Shown: piece by piece, positions 11,676 through 23,947 of the stretch
Layout of the letters: each line of letters opens with the position of its first letter
Position numbering within the stretch: the first letter of the stretch is position 1
Source: Folioceros fuciformis
Taxonomy: Eukaryota
DNA length: 64,000 nt
Reading direction: 5' to 3'
Assembly (NCBI GenBank): GCA_049999805.1
Contig: JBNGIO010006178.1
Coordinates: forward strand, 195,055 to 259,054
Translations under genes and position numbers: made by a program
Notes under the pieces: generated by a model
Seen by the model: only the letters and a program-made list of their open reading frames with translations
Database searches by the model: none
Told to the model about the DNA's origin: nothing

Positions 11676-14600
11676 TTACTTGAAAGTGGCAGACCGATTG
11701 CCGGATTGTGGAAAGACTTGCCTCCGAGGTCCAGGTTGGATGCCTTCGGCGATGGGTTCTCCTGACGGCCTGTATGGGTTGAAGGTCGTCAGAGTATCTG
11801 GCCGATCATGTCGCTTCCTTTTGCTACCCGCTCTGCTGCTAGATGACTCCTCACGTTGCGCCCTGCTTGCCTTTAATTGTTTCTCTATGTCTACTGCACT
11901 TTTCGCGGCTTCGTAGTCAAACGGTATCCTTGTGCCGCCCGCAGAGGAGGCAGCATGAAGGCCAGGTCGCTGAGACTTTTTCTTCGTTTGACCTGATGAA
12001 CTAAACCCACCTGACGCACTTGATACCGGCACACCAGCTACCTTTCTCTTTTTAGACAAGTTGGTGTCGAAACGTTGAGGAGCTCTCTTTCCCTCAGCTG
12101 AAGGAGGACCATAGGTACCTGCCCTTGAAAGTCTCCTTGCTTCTGAGAGTGATATTGGTATGGCCCTGTCACCAGAAGCTTGAGCAGTGTCTGACACCTT
12201 CTCAAACCAACTCTTGTGTCTGCGTTTCTTTTGCTCATCCATCTCCTGTTCCACAGAGGGTGCACTGTTGTCGGCTTGCTCAAAAGATATCACCTCATTC
12301 CAACCCTCGTTCCCTTGGCACACGACCTCTTTTTTGTCTTTTAACTTGACACCAAGCCTTTCAAGAACCGCTAAACTCGACGTGTCCCGAACTGCAGATT
12401 GGAAGATGGAGGTAGAAGTACTGGGCTTGTCGTCTGGAGAGCGCACTATGGGAACACCATGAAAAGGGAGAGTCACGGACGACTTTACCTGCTCCGCTTT
12501 TATCCTCGCCTCAACCTGTAGCCATGGGAGTCAGACATCAGACCAAGGGAGCATTAATAAACCACAAGTTTCAAGCACACATGTCACGACGGCAACTGTA
12601 TACCATCTCAGGATCCTCTTCGTGGTTGCATGATGCATGTTTCTTCTTCTGAGGTCGACCTAGCAAAGAAGCCAGCCCACCATTTCGATGAGCCACACCT
12701 GTTCCTTCCATGCATACAGGAGTGTCCCTAGATGTTCTAGTTCCCCCTTCCAGTGATTTTGACCTGTTATTCTCTGACGTCAATGAGGGACCAGCAGACC
12801 TTCCCGCTTCTCCAATTTGAGCGTCAGGCACTGCCAAGTTCTCAGCATTCGCATCTTCTATGCCATCTTTGGCACAGTCACCTGGATGATGGGAGCTGAT
12901 GAGCAAAGCCGAGACCATCTCAGGACTTATCTGCAAGCTCTCATGTCCAGACAACTCCTGCTGCGAACTAGAGGGAAGACATGCAGCATCTGATGCACCA
13001 AAATCCTGGGGTGTAGACTTCTCTTCAGAATTGATTACATCCGAACATGTTGATATCCCAAGTACCTCTGCACTATCGCCATATATGCCTGAGTGCGTGC
13101 CTCCCGCTGCTGACCTGTTCTGTGTGTCCAATGCACAGCACGCTGATGGCGCTGAAGTCTCACCTTCAAGATTCCTATCAGTCGTCTCCTCGACTGTGGA
13201 CACAACTTGCGTCACTTCTCCAACATCTTTACTCAAGTGGCTGGATAGAGGACTCAGCGTTTGAGAAGGGCTCTCATCAGCACGTCGGGTAAATTCTTCC
13301 AGGCTTAGGGCTCTCCGTCTTGCAACAGAAGAACGTGAGGAAGGCCCAAACAAGGATGAGGTCATCGCTCTGCGCACCACTGCACCACCAGCAGTCATAT
13401 TTGACTCCAAATTCCTTCCTGAAGAGCCGACAAGTGCCCCAGGAACCACATCAGAATCCTCTCCCCTGATAGCAACTGTGCTTGCCTTGTCTGGGATGCT
13501 TGCTTCTCCAACAGGGCTTTCCACCGGTTCAACAGCAGGAACAATTGCACGTTTGTGCATGGTTCCTTCCTTGTCCTGCGCTAAAGGCACTGTAGGCTGC
13601 CTGTTGGGGGTGGATTTCACAAGGATATTGGAGACCATACCCGCATCCTTGTCACCCCCAAGCTTTCCTTCACCATCAACTATATCAATTTTACTAAGAA
13701 ATTCCTTCTTTGTTGAACGTATTATTGAAAGAAGTGTCCCCTGATGTTCATGTGCCAGACACTTTGACCCCTTTAGCACCCTTTTCAGCTCCTGCATAGT
13801 TTCCGGCATCTCCTCAGCTGAGACAGTGACAAACTTTCATCAGAAAAAACATCACACGATACAAGAGGGCATCTACTCACAGTTCATGTGAAAAACAGGA
13901 ATGAAAACATTCGTCATTAGTCAATCGACGCCATGTACCACAGTCCCCCAATTGTGCTTAATGCAATGTATCGTGTGCAGAGATTGATGCCATACCAAGC
14001 TGAATTAATTGCTTGTTTGGACAAATGAAACCCGTACTCTCATCTTCGTTCCTGGCAAGCTGGTCCCTCCAAACATACAGTTCCTGCATAACAAAATATA
14101 GCTTATATCATGTGTAGCGATCTCAACCTGAACCTGATCTTGCTCTTTCCTACTAAAACTGGTTGAAAACGAAAAACGATAAGACGAGAAAGACAAGCTT
14201 GTGCAACAAGTTTTTCTCAGGTTTACCTTGAGAACACCTAGCTGCAGTGGTCTGAGCTGTTTGTCCCACAATCTGGACACAAAACCAACAATAATGAAGT
14301 TCAGCCTTGGACCGCAAATCCCCATTGCACTCAATCCTTTCTCAAACACTCTCCAATACCGACCCATAGATCTGCAGGTGTGAATCATCTGTCAACAGGT
14401 CCTTCTCATACAACTTCAAACATACATCACGGCTGCGGTGGAAAACCTGCCATAGGCACAAGTGGAAAAAGCATAGTCATTCAATGGTATGCATTGTATA
14501 GAATATGAAACTCAACTTGAAGCCTGCAAGACGGAAAGTTGTACCTGCAAAAGAGGGCTTTCTTCGTTTGGCCGTTCACTTGATCCAGCCCCAGTCAACA

Positions 14601-16560
14601 GCAACTGCTGTCTCAGCTTGTCATAGATGTAGAGCAAGTAGTGGGTATCTTCCCTCGCATACCTGAAGGTACCGTGTGCAATGACACAGCTTCAGTTCAA
14701 TCTCAAAATGACCGCCCCATACCATCCCATCCGAAAAGCAAAACATTTCCAACTTCAATAAGATGTATCATCTTAAGATGTATGGACTGAAATATTCTTG
14801 CTGCAGATCGTGTCATGGCTACCTCAACATATCTGCTGGCAAAGGTCGAAGGCGCCAATCAGCAAGCTGATACCTACAAAAAAGTCATAGGCAACTTTAG
14901 ATGGCCAATCAACAAAGCTGCTAAAGTTCGGAAATAGAAACAGCTATCAGAAAAGAAAATCCGGATAATGAAAAGCGTACGCATGGGCTCACCGTTTGTC
15001 CGCAGCTATATTGCAGAAATGTTGCAGAAGGAAAGCCAAGCCAAATGATGGGAAATTTAGTACCCGAGAAGCCTAAATCATAGCCCAACCATCAGCAGAC
15101 CGAACAACCAATAGGGGAAAACGGTGGCAGAAAGTGCACGGGTTACAACAGGCAAGCAACGTTATGCTGCAGATTAATCTACACCTGTCCAGTATCAAAA
15201 AGATTGCATAAGTAGATTCCAAAGTCGCGCTGGAGCCAAACAACATCGCTATCGGCTCCATGCATCACCTGCACTCAGCATGATTCTGTTCATCAGAATA
15301 CATTCCCCGGACTAACAAACCATCTTCCTGGTCTCCAAATGCCTGTACCTTCCTGACCCTGGGGTCCGAAAAAATTTCCCCTAAACATGGCTCAATATGG
15401 CTTCGCAATGTCAGAGTGTCGACAATGAAGTCCTCACTGCGGGTGGATACTTGCATAAGACACACAAATCCTTGGAAAGAGCGGTAACTGTGATTTTCCA
15501 AGTCAACCTGTGACACAAAATCGGATGAGCTAGGGAGAGTCATGCAAAAGAAGGATAGACATCTCCACAACAATACACAACACTAACCGCAATCTCTTCA
15601 GCTGTTCGTAGCTTGGCGGCTAGCTCCTGGAGTGCCGACAAAGTGTCGACAACTGTTAGAGGAGTCGCAGCGAGGGTCAGCGGCTCTTTGGGATCCACTT
15701 TCACCAGTAAATCATCCGCGAACTCCATTGACCTGAGTCTCCCCTGTGAAACGTTTCCGTTCAATTCTCACCCTTCGTGACCTCACCAAACAAACAAACA
15801 TGCCTACACCAGGTACCTCGAAAGGGTGGACCGCCATGCTGCATCTCAACTTATTCGCGTACTTCTCGCATCGCTGCAGGACTGCGTCAGGCGTCCTCAC
15901 TGACGCAGTCCTAGGAGTGCCTGCCTCAATCTCATCCCGTCCAGAACCCAGAGACGTGACAGAAGCCTGTATCGGCGTGCCAGCAGAGCCCGCTTCGGCT
16001 GTGCCGCCTCCCGCATGTTTAAATGGGGTGTTGGAGTTGTCTACTGCGACATCAAACTTGTCCTGAGGCCGGGGAATGGATGCAATGTACGTCCGAACGG
16101 AAGTATCATGAGACCATTTCACCATTTTCGCTCTCTTGGCGGTCTCCTGCAAACTGGACCGATCAGAATTCCGAGTGTTTCCCACGAAAACTTCATCAAA
16201 ATCCTGCCCTTTCCTCTTCTTGGACTGGTTCCGCGCCTCGTAGAATTCATCAAGCGCGGTATCGACTTTCTCCAGGAAATCATCCTGCACTCCAGTAAGC
16301 CAGTCGTAGACCTCCTCCGGCCCGTCTGCCACGGGAGCTGAATCACGCCGGGCCTCCCTTACAGTCGCAAGTGAGTTCAGCAGCCTTCCCACTCGAGCCT
16401 CAACATTTTGCAGCGGCCCCTTGAACTGAGGATAGTTACAGTAGAAGTGAAAATCTGTGTCCTCTGGTATTGCTCTGGAAGCCGCCTCTAATCTTTGCAA
16501 AGCGTCAGGAAAAGGCCCTTTGACAGACTCGAGAAGCTCGCGTGCCCTGGAGGTCGCCAT
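11676..16560 (-). CDS. RRP6L2: RRP6-like nuclear exosome 3'-5' exoribonuclease (PMC2NT + DEDDy + HRDC), RRP6L2-type
   Basis: DFHFY N-terminal motif; [92 protein letters not shown] (HRDC); C-terminus [12 protein letters not shown]. The introns I traced are canonical. Confidence 0.92.
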
Positions 16561-17229
16561 GGTTGCCGGCAAGTCACGAGGACGAAGGGATTATATAGCT
16601 TCCCTTCCAGCCCTAATCGGGTTAAGGTCCTTACCACCTGGGTACTTAGATGGGATGCCTAATATATATATGGAGAGAATTTCGTTGAGTTCAAAGTGCA
16701 ACGTGCTGGCTGTTCTTCATTTCAGTATAGTATATGCCTAATTGTATAGAGAATCGTATTAGAATACATATATAAGTACATCATGAAACCTCAATTTATG
16801 AGTGAAAAACTACAAAGTTGAGTTAAGTAAGTTCTAAGGTAGCATAATTTTTCTTCATATTTGAGTATAATAATAATTATATTTATATTCAGGGTAGTTA
16901 TAATATGAATATAATATAATTTTTAGTGGAATTTTTGTTTTGGTCTGTATTGTAGTTTAGAACCAAATGTTCTTGAGAAGAATTTAGGTCTTCACTTCAC
17001 AAAGCAAAACACTATGTAGGCATCACTTTTGACCTCCTTGGTCTTTTTCCAAGCACTTAGCTATGGAGATGGGATTGCTCTATATGATTAAAAATAAGTA
17101 ATAATTAGTCTTAACAAATTAGTGCATTAAAAAGATCATCTTTCCTTGCCTCCTCCTCCTCCTCTTCCTCCTCCTGAATGAGAAAAAAATATCAGCAAGA
17201 ACATTTTGGAGTTGGATGCAGGACACTTT

Positions 17230-18279
17230 ATGGATGCCAACTCACTTTTGGTGCTGGAAGGTCTTACTTCTTGTGGATGTGTGTTCCCAGCTGAGAAGAG
17301 AGCTGCTGTTGATCTTTCATTAGTTTTCAAGAAACACGAGAGTGGATTAGCAAACCTTAATCTATGGGGCACCATATTTGCAACAAATGGGAAGAACTAC
17401 ATTCTTGCACAAGGATACAACACAATCCACAAGATTGACAAAAAAGTGAGGGTCGAGTATCTCTACTATTTCAGCCAAGATGGCAAAACTTGGCTAGATC
17501 TTTATTCGATTCCAGATGAGTTGTACGAGAAATGCAAGGAAATAAAGGAGAACTTCACAGGAGACATTGGGGCTACCTTCTTTGTTCCAGATGCAATCCA
17601 GCCTCCTCCCTTACCTAAACCTCCTAAGCAGAAAACTCTGTGGTATATTCCTCCAGGCCCTCATCCGAGGCCTATATACAAGCTTCCAGAGTTGAGAAAA
17701 TGCGATGTGAGGCAGTTTCAAGAGCTAAAGCATGAGAGCAAAGAGGAGCCAAACACCTCAAAGGGTTCGGAAGAGGGAAAGGATTCTGCAAATACCTTGG
17801 CCAAGGAACTCGTGAAAGAGATGGTGTGGGATGAGATGGACGACGTGCCAAAGGCCTTGAAGAAGCCTGATCTGCCTATGGATCTGGGACCAAAAGGAGT
17901 AGAAATAAGAGAGCTAGAAAGGTTGTCGGCCATAGTTAGATGGATTGATCAAGAGTGTAGTGTAATCCCTATTGGTGCCTCGGTGTTAACCACATCAAAA
18001 CAACTAGTTAAAAACATTGTATTCAACGGAGTCACACAATTAGATAAGCTTCAGTGGTATGGTAAGCTGCTACAAGGCTACGACGAAGCTCCCCTTTCAA
18101 ATGACGTGAATGGAGTATGGACACTACATGTCCAACCTCTCACACAAGAAGTGATAATTCGAAGTTGTGTTTGGCCAGGTTACCATTTTTATTACTCACA
18201 TCTCACAAAGGCTTGGGGCTCCTTGTATTTTGGCATGGGCTTCAAGGAAGCTACTGATCAGGTCGCGTTTTTGATTTAG
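17230..18279 (+). CDS. RSPH9: Flagellar radial spoke head protein 9 homolog, intronless
   Basis: Single ORF from ATG 17230: LWGTIFATNGKNYILAQG, YFSQDGKTWLDL, FTGD, IRELERLSAIVRWIDQECSVIPIGA, NIVFNG, VIIRSCVWPGYHFY, WGSLYFGMGFK. These match the RSP9/RSPH9 family pattern. Confidence 0.85.
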   Translation: MDANSLLVLEGLTSCGCVFPAEKRAAVDLSLVFKKHESGLANLNLWGTIFATNGKNYILAQGYNTIHKIDKKVRVEYLYYFSQDGKTWLDLYSIPDELYEKCKEIKENFTGDIGATFFVPDAIQPPPLPKPPKQKTLWYIPPGPHPRPIYKLPELRKCDVRQFQELKHESKEEPNTSKGSEEGKDSANTLAKELVKEMVWDEMDDVPKALKKPDLPMDLGPKGVEIRELERLSAIVRWIDQECSVIPIGASVLTTSKQLVKNIVFNGVTQLDKLQWYGKLLQGYDEAPLSNDVNGVWTLHVQPLTQEVIIRSCVWPGYHFYYSHLTKAWGSLYFGMGFKEATDQVAFLI

Positions 18280-19508
18280 CAAGCTTCATACATACTTAAA
18301 GCAATTGATCTTGTCTCAAACTTTTGTTTTCAATATTGAGTTGAAAAAAATAAAACTTGTAAGATTGTTAGTTTGTGCAACATTGGTTGTTCCAACAAGT
18401 TTTCATTCTCTATGTCAATAAACCCAGTTTATGAAACTCTTTGTTTTCACTACCGAGATGTCATTGCTGATGACTCTACTTCTATGATGTAAGGCCGACT
18501 CAAGATATTAGTAGAGTCACTTAACAAGCTATCTTACTTCATTTTCACAAATATAACAAGTAGCAATGTTCATATGGTTGAACAATAGGTTGTGCAATCC
18601 TTGTGATGTGTTTTGGGTCTAATTGAAACTTAATGTTAGGAATAGGAAAGAAACATTTGTAAAACATGGTATACATATGCATTGATAACAAAATGTCTAT
18701 TAAGCTTAATTTGATTTCAATAGTTGTACAAAAAATATACACTTTTTGGCCATCAAAACATGCAAATATTGATGTGATTCTTTTTCCTATTATTTTAGCA
18801 AGAGATGTGATGTGAATAAAAAAATATGATTATAATCAACACATAATATTATAGTTATAATATTTTATGATTTTAACATAGGTTAAAAATACTAGGGTAA
18901 GATTATTATTTTTTATTTTGAATAAAATAATTTAACTTAAAATTATATTAGTGCAAGTGTATGTAAACATTCTTGGAGATCTTAGTCATTGTTATCAAAA
19001 TTTTAAAATAATAAAAAAATTGGGCTCACAATTTTTAATTGGCATGAACAAGAATGATATGAGGCACAATTATTGAATTTGAAGAAGCTAATTCTGAATG
19101 TGCATCTAAGTACTTCACTCATAATGTATTATAGACACTCTTCTATAAACCATGTTATATCACAATTTATTTCGGGTAACTACCTTATCTTGAGGTTGGA
19201 TAAAATGGAGCACATGTGGTATCAAAATTAATAAACCATGAGATTGCATGAAATGCTTCACAAATGATGGAAAATTTACTCTGTATAGCTCAACCTACAA
19301 AATTATGGGGAAACAACAAATTGATCAAGAACCAAACACAAGTAGGAAGCAATTACAAATTGTGATCACCTACAATTGGGAGCTGTAATATAATTAATTG
19401 CATAGATAATCATAAACATGTTTCATGTATAAGTATGCTCTAATTTCAAACATGATTATGGTGGGCTGTGTCCTAGGAAGCACAAAACGGTCATCTCTTT
19501 TGATTTTT

Positions 19509-20216
19509 ATGGGTAATGCCTTCGGTAGTAAGCCTAGAAGAACTCACGAGGAATTGAAAGAAAAACGTCATTGGACTTCAGGCAAATGGCGCAAAGATTG
19601 GGGAAGCTTGACAAAAAGTAGGTTGCGTAAAACAGGTAGTTATGCCCACCATTTGCTGAACCAGATTTGCACTATTTGCTTTGCTTTGCTTTGTTGAGAA
19701 GGGAAGTCTTTGCTTTGCTTTGCTTTGCTTTGCTGAGAAGGGAAAGTCTTAGGTTTTGTAGGATCTCAACAATGTTTTCATTTGTGGGTGACTATCATTT
19801 TGGGTTTTGGGTTTCTAGAAAATCCTCCTCCTTCATCTACTGCACATGGTCAGCATAAAAAGCATATCAATTGGAGAAAGCTAGCGCATAAGCTGCGCTG
19901 CCATAGGCCTAATAGGCTGGCAGAAGGAGCATCAGAAGTGCCTGCTTCTCCTTGGAGCATTATCCATCACAATATTACAACACACTCAAGGGGCCATATG
20001 TCCCCCAGAAATCAAAGTGGTTGCACTTGTTTTTGTATTGCACCCATGCAAGGGGAGTCAAGATTGCACCATGAAGCACATCATCATGATCAGCCTAATG
20101 CGGTTACTCATTCTGGTTTATCAGGTAATCATGTTATGAGTATCATAAGTGGGTCTTATTCTCAATGGTTTTGGTGGATAGTAGTAGAATGGTTGTTGGA
20201 GTTTGTGTGGGCTTAG
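19509..20216 (+). CDS. Orphan basic/His-rich protein with N-terminal MGNAFGS myristoylation-like motif (2 or more exons)
   Basis: Exon 19509-19635 (phase 1, GT donor) joins acceptor TTCTAG at 19818 in frame with ORF 19782-20216, giving ...RLRKT-E-NPPPSS... No family recognised. The 3' end may be spliced differently. Confidence 0.5.
19675..19750. repeat. (CTTTG)n microsatellite within a short tandem duplication, in the intron of the orphan gene
   Basis: TTTGCTTTGCTTTGCTTTG..GAGAAGGGAAGTCTT occurs twice. Confidence 0.8.
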
Positions 20217-20917
20217 GTGACATGAGCTGATTTAGAAATGTGAGTGATCATTACTGGCTCTAATACAAAGCGATCATTGGTAGTTCTAATACAAAGCTTT
20301 GTTGACAGCACATAAGATGCATGCTGGTCGACATTGATGTGGAGGAAGACTTTCAATGAGTTGTAAGCTCCAAGTGTTTCTTTCATTTGTAACATGATGT
20401 ATACAAGGACAACTAGGTCAAAATATTTTAATTTAATTTGAATTACTTTGATAATAATTTTGTTATTTATTTTATAAAAATTTAAATAATTCGATCTAAT
20501 GGAAGGATATGCTACAAGAGATCTCCCGAACTTTTAGAAGCTGGATCTGTTTTGTAGCATGCATGGAAAGAGTTGTCTTGAAAAATGCTTCCAGTGAATC
20601 TCGTCAGCTTGTCTTGATTTAAGTATAGTAGCACCAACAGATTTAATTATATTCATACTAATTTAAAGAACAGCCCTGCGACCTGAGTTTGGCGATTGGT
20701 GGGCACCACATACAAGCCTCGAATGACTAGAATTCGTCTCAAACGTCCGTTTCCAGGTGTGAAACGACCAATGGCGGTTTCGTCACAGACAATGTCTTGA
20801 ATTTTAGCACCCACGTTCGTCCGATGAAGGCGTGACTCCGCAACGCCTTTCGACTCACCGTGGGAAGGGGGGCTTCCAGGCCGCTGCACGCTCCAATGAA
20901 TTCCTCTTCTTCTTCTC

Positions 20918-22690
20918 GTGAAGGCCGTGCTGGCTGTGGAACAGATGATGTGTGAGGAGGGCGGGGAGGGCCTCCTCTCCGGGACCGATGCCATGGACGT
21001 GGATGTGGACAGGGAGGCTCGCTGGGGGCAGGGATCCACGGACATTGAAGAAGGGACGCCAGATGCCCGTGGAGTCATGGCCGATTGCGCCTGCCGCGTC
21101 GGGTGGAGGGATTGGACTGGCTGATCCGTCGTTACAACCACGGAACGATCACCATTTTCGCTCAGCGCACGCTTTCAGCAGCTCTCATAAGCCGATGTAC
21201 GATTTCACAGTGTCTGAGATCCGTGTGCAGGTGGTTTGTGGCGTTTCGTGACATTGTGGCCTTTTGTTCATGCTCAGGTGATGGGGTCAGAGTCGTGTCC
21301 AGCCCGAGTTACCTCGAGATCCTCACGAATCAAGCTGCCAGCAGTGACGTGACATGTCTTTCTGGACGATCTTCTGATTTGGCTGTTGGTGCCCCCAGAT
21401 GAGACTGGGCAAGACTTTGAGACCGTGGCACTCATAGCCTATTTGAAGACTCGAAGACGAAAGTTCCAGGCCAGTTGGGATGAGCACTCTCGTCCAAGTG
21501 TCGAATTAGTGCCTAACTTGTTCATCTTCCTTGCCCCGTTCTGATCCGTGGAGTGGTTGAAATGTTAAGCTGTGCTACTGTGCCCTTTGATCGTCATGGA
21601 AGGCTGGATTTTGAGCTCCGCTGTCGGAATACTAGCAAATACTGGCCGGAAAAATGAGAGAACAAGCATTCGTAGTAACTTTGACGCTGTACAGTCCTTT
21701 GCACTCTGTTCATGCACTGCCTCATGCTGCTCCCTACATCACTTGGCTGGCAGGGCAGAGTTTGGAGCAATTCATGCGCCACATGTTACATATGACATGG
21801 ACGTGGCGGTGCAGGGTAACTTTGCTGTTGTGGTGACCACGTACGAGCTTGTGGTGGCTGATGTTGAATTCCTTTCAGCTGTAACCTGGGAATGTATCAT
21901 AGTTGATGAAGCTCAGTGTCTAAAGAACTTCTCGAGTATGCATGTCCCATTCTGTAACCTTTCGTTGCACGAGGGTAGCAGAGTGTTTCCCAGGGTTTGT
22001 TCAAGACCTTAAAACAGTATTTCCCATTGTCAAGAAGGCTTTCATCTGACCCTAGACGCCGATATAAAAATCACCTGACTGAGCTTTGTTCTCTTCTGCA
22101 CTTCTGCGAACTATCCCCATTTAACAACTGCGACGCGTTCACTCACCTCTTCAAAGAACATGTCACGGTTGGAACAGGTGATTCCGGATTTCCACCAGTC
22201 TTCCCTGTGAGTACCAGCAGTGTAAAGGTGGCCATGATGGATATGACCTTGGCATACTTCTGTAGGTGGAAGAAAAGAGCACAATGACAAGTTTTTGGAG
22301 TCTCCGGATTGTCCGGAGTTCTCAAACCACTCCTACGATTGTGTGAGCGGTTCGGTCACGGTGCAAGTTGAAAGGTGACAAACTATGAAGAATCACAAAA
22401 ACCATGACATGCAGTGCACTGAAAAGTTGAGGGATCACAAGGACTTCCAGCGTACTTTACGGTAAGCTGGTCCACTCATGTTTCTGTCTAGTGCAAATTG
22501 TGGCAATGTAAAACAGTCCTTGCGGACCCAAGTTTTTTATGTACTCCACGTCATGGTTCTGACAAAGCCTGATGGTTTGCCTCCTTTTCAACTTGCAGCA
22601 TCCCTGCATGTGCCCAGATCGGGTGCTGGGAAATTAAAGCGGTCTGCGGAGTATGCTACCAGTTTCGGCATTCAAGTATTGCGAGCAGTG
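20918..22690 (+). pseudogene. SNF2 helicase pseudogene, ALC1/CHD1L (CHR10-like) N-terminal ATPase lobe
   Basis: Fragments in order: RVEGLDWLIRRYNHG; QMRLGKTL then a frameshift to ETVALIAYLK (Walker A normally MGLGKT); LLCPLIVMEGW; VVVTTYELVVADVEFLSAVTWECIIVDEAQCLKN; KNHLTELCSLLHFC; GKLK. Several frameshifts; no intact helicase-C or macro domain found downstream. Confidence 0.82.
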
Positions 22691-23947
22691 TGAAGTCGGG
22701 AATAATGTTACATCCTGACTTCTGACTCCAGTCGTGTCTGCTCTATGCAGATATTGCTATCATCCAGATGAAAGGCCGTTGCAATTCCTCTGTTAATGCT
22801 ACCTCCAGCGTGCCTTTTGTACTCTGCACTCCTTTTCACAGAACCGCACCCTCCTACTGGTGTCCAAAATCTGTAGAAACTTAGTGGGATCTCACTCTTG
22901 ACTGACACAACCGGGCCGCTTCCTTAGCACTCCGACTGTGGATTTTTGTTTTTCGTGCTGGCAAAGGTCAGACTAATTCCCGGGCAGAATCAGGAGTGTT
23001 TGCAATGACACCGAGAGGTAGATGGAACTTGAAGGGTGAGCGTTATCCCAGCTTTATCACGCTTGTCTGTGGACCGTTGCTACCAGTTTTCACCTACACC
23101 AACAGGTTGGCTTACTGTTACCAAGTCCAAACTGTTACCAGCAAGTTGTAGCTCAGTGGAGGGACAGGAAGTGGTGTTACAGTTGTTAAAAAGGTGAGGG
23201 CTGCCATTATCTCACAGTTGACAGCACCAGCTCTTTGGGTGGTGGCGACACAAAGGGGAAGTACTGCGGAAGTGAAGCTTCTCGATCAACGGGTTGATCC
23301 GTCAACATCGCCAACGGAAACCTTCAATTGTTACACCGTATAGAACGGCTCTCTCTAATCGGGCCCGTGGTACTCTGGCGGTAGGTCATCCATCCCTGGC
23401 AGCCTGCTTCCAACTGCTGTCATCGATCACCTGCTTCACATTGGCTTCAGGTGTTTTTGTGTCAGTTCTTTTCGGCTGGCAGACGAGGAAAGTCCTCTTG
23501 TCCTCGTCTACAGCGTGAACGCAGAGGTTCGCTACACTGGTTGTGCTTTGATGGCTCTGATTGTCGGACCAGGGCCCACGGTTTGTGAACTGGGGTTGAT
23601 TCGTCGGTCATGAAACTTTCACGGACCCATTCCATATATGGTGTACCTTGCACAGTCATTGACTGCCCAGTGAAGGAAATTTGATGGTACCAATGTGTAG
23701 CCAGTGAGGACAAGATTCCCTTCCAGCTGCATCCGCTCGGAGCCACACCATTGCTTCAAATGCATTATGTCCAAGAGAGTCCATTGTCACTCCACCCTCT
23801 AGCGTTCTAAGTCCCGCTGTGAACCATTTCACGCTTGCGAGGCAGAGACATCCACAGACTTGATCCGTTCATACAGTGCTGACACTCTTGGAAGTTCTAC
23901 TACTGACTTCGATCCAGCGTTCACATAGTGCCTACCTGTAGGTGAAC

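Noticed and set aside
23144..23215. tRNA-like A-box (TAGCTCAGTGG)
   Set aside because: No B-box (GTTCRA) and no cloverleaf downstream.
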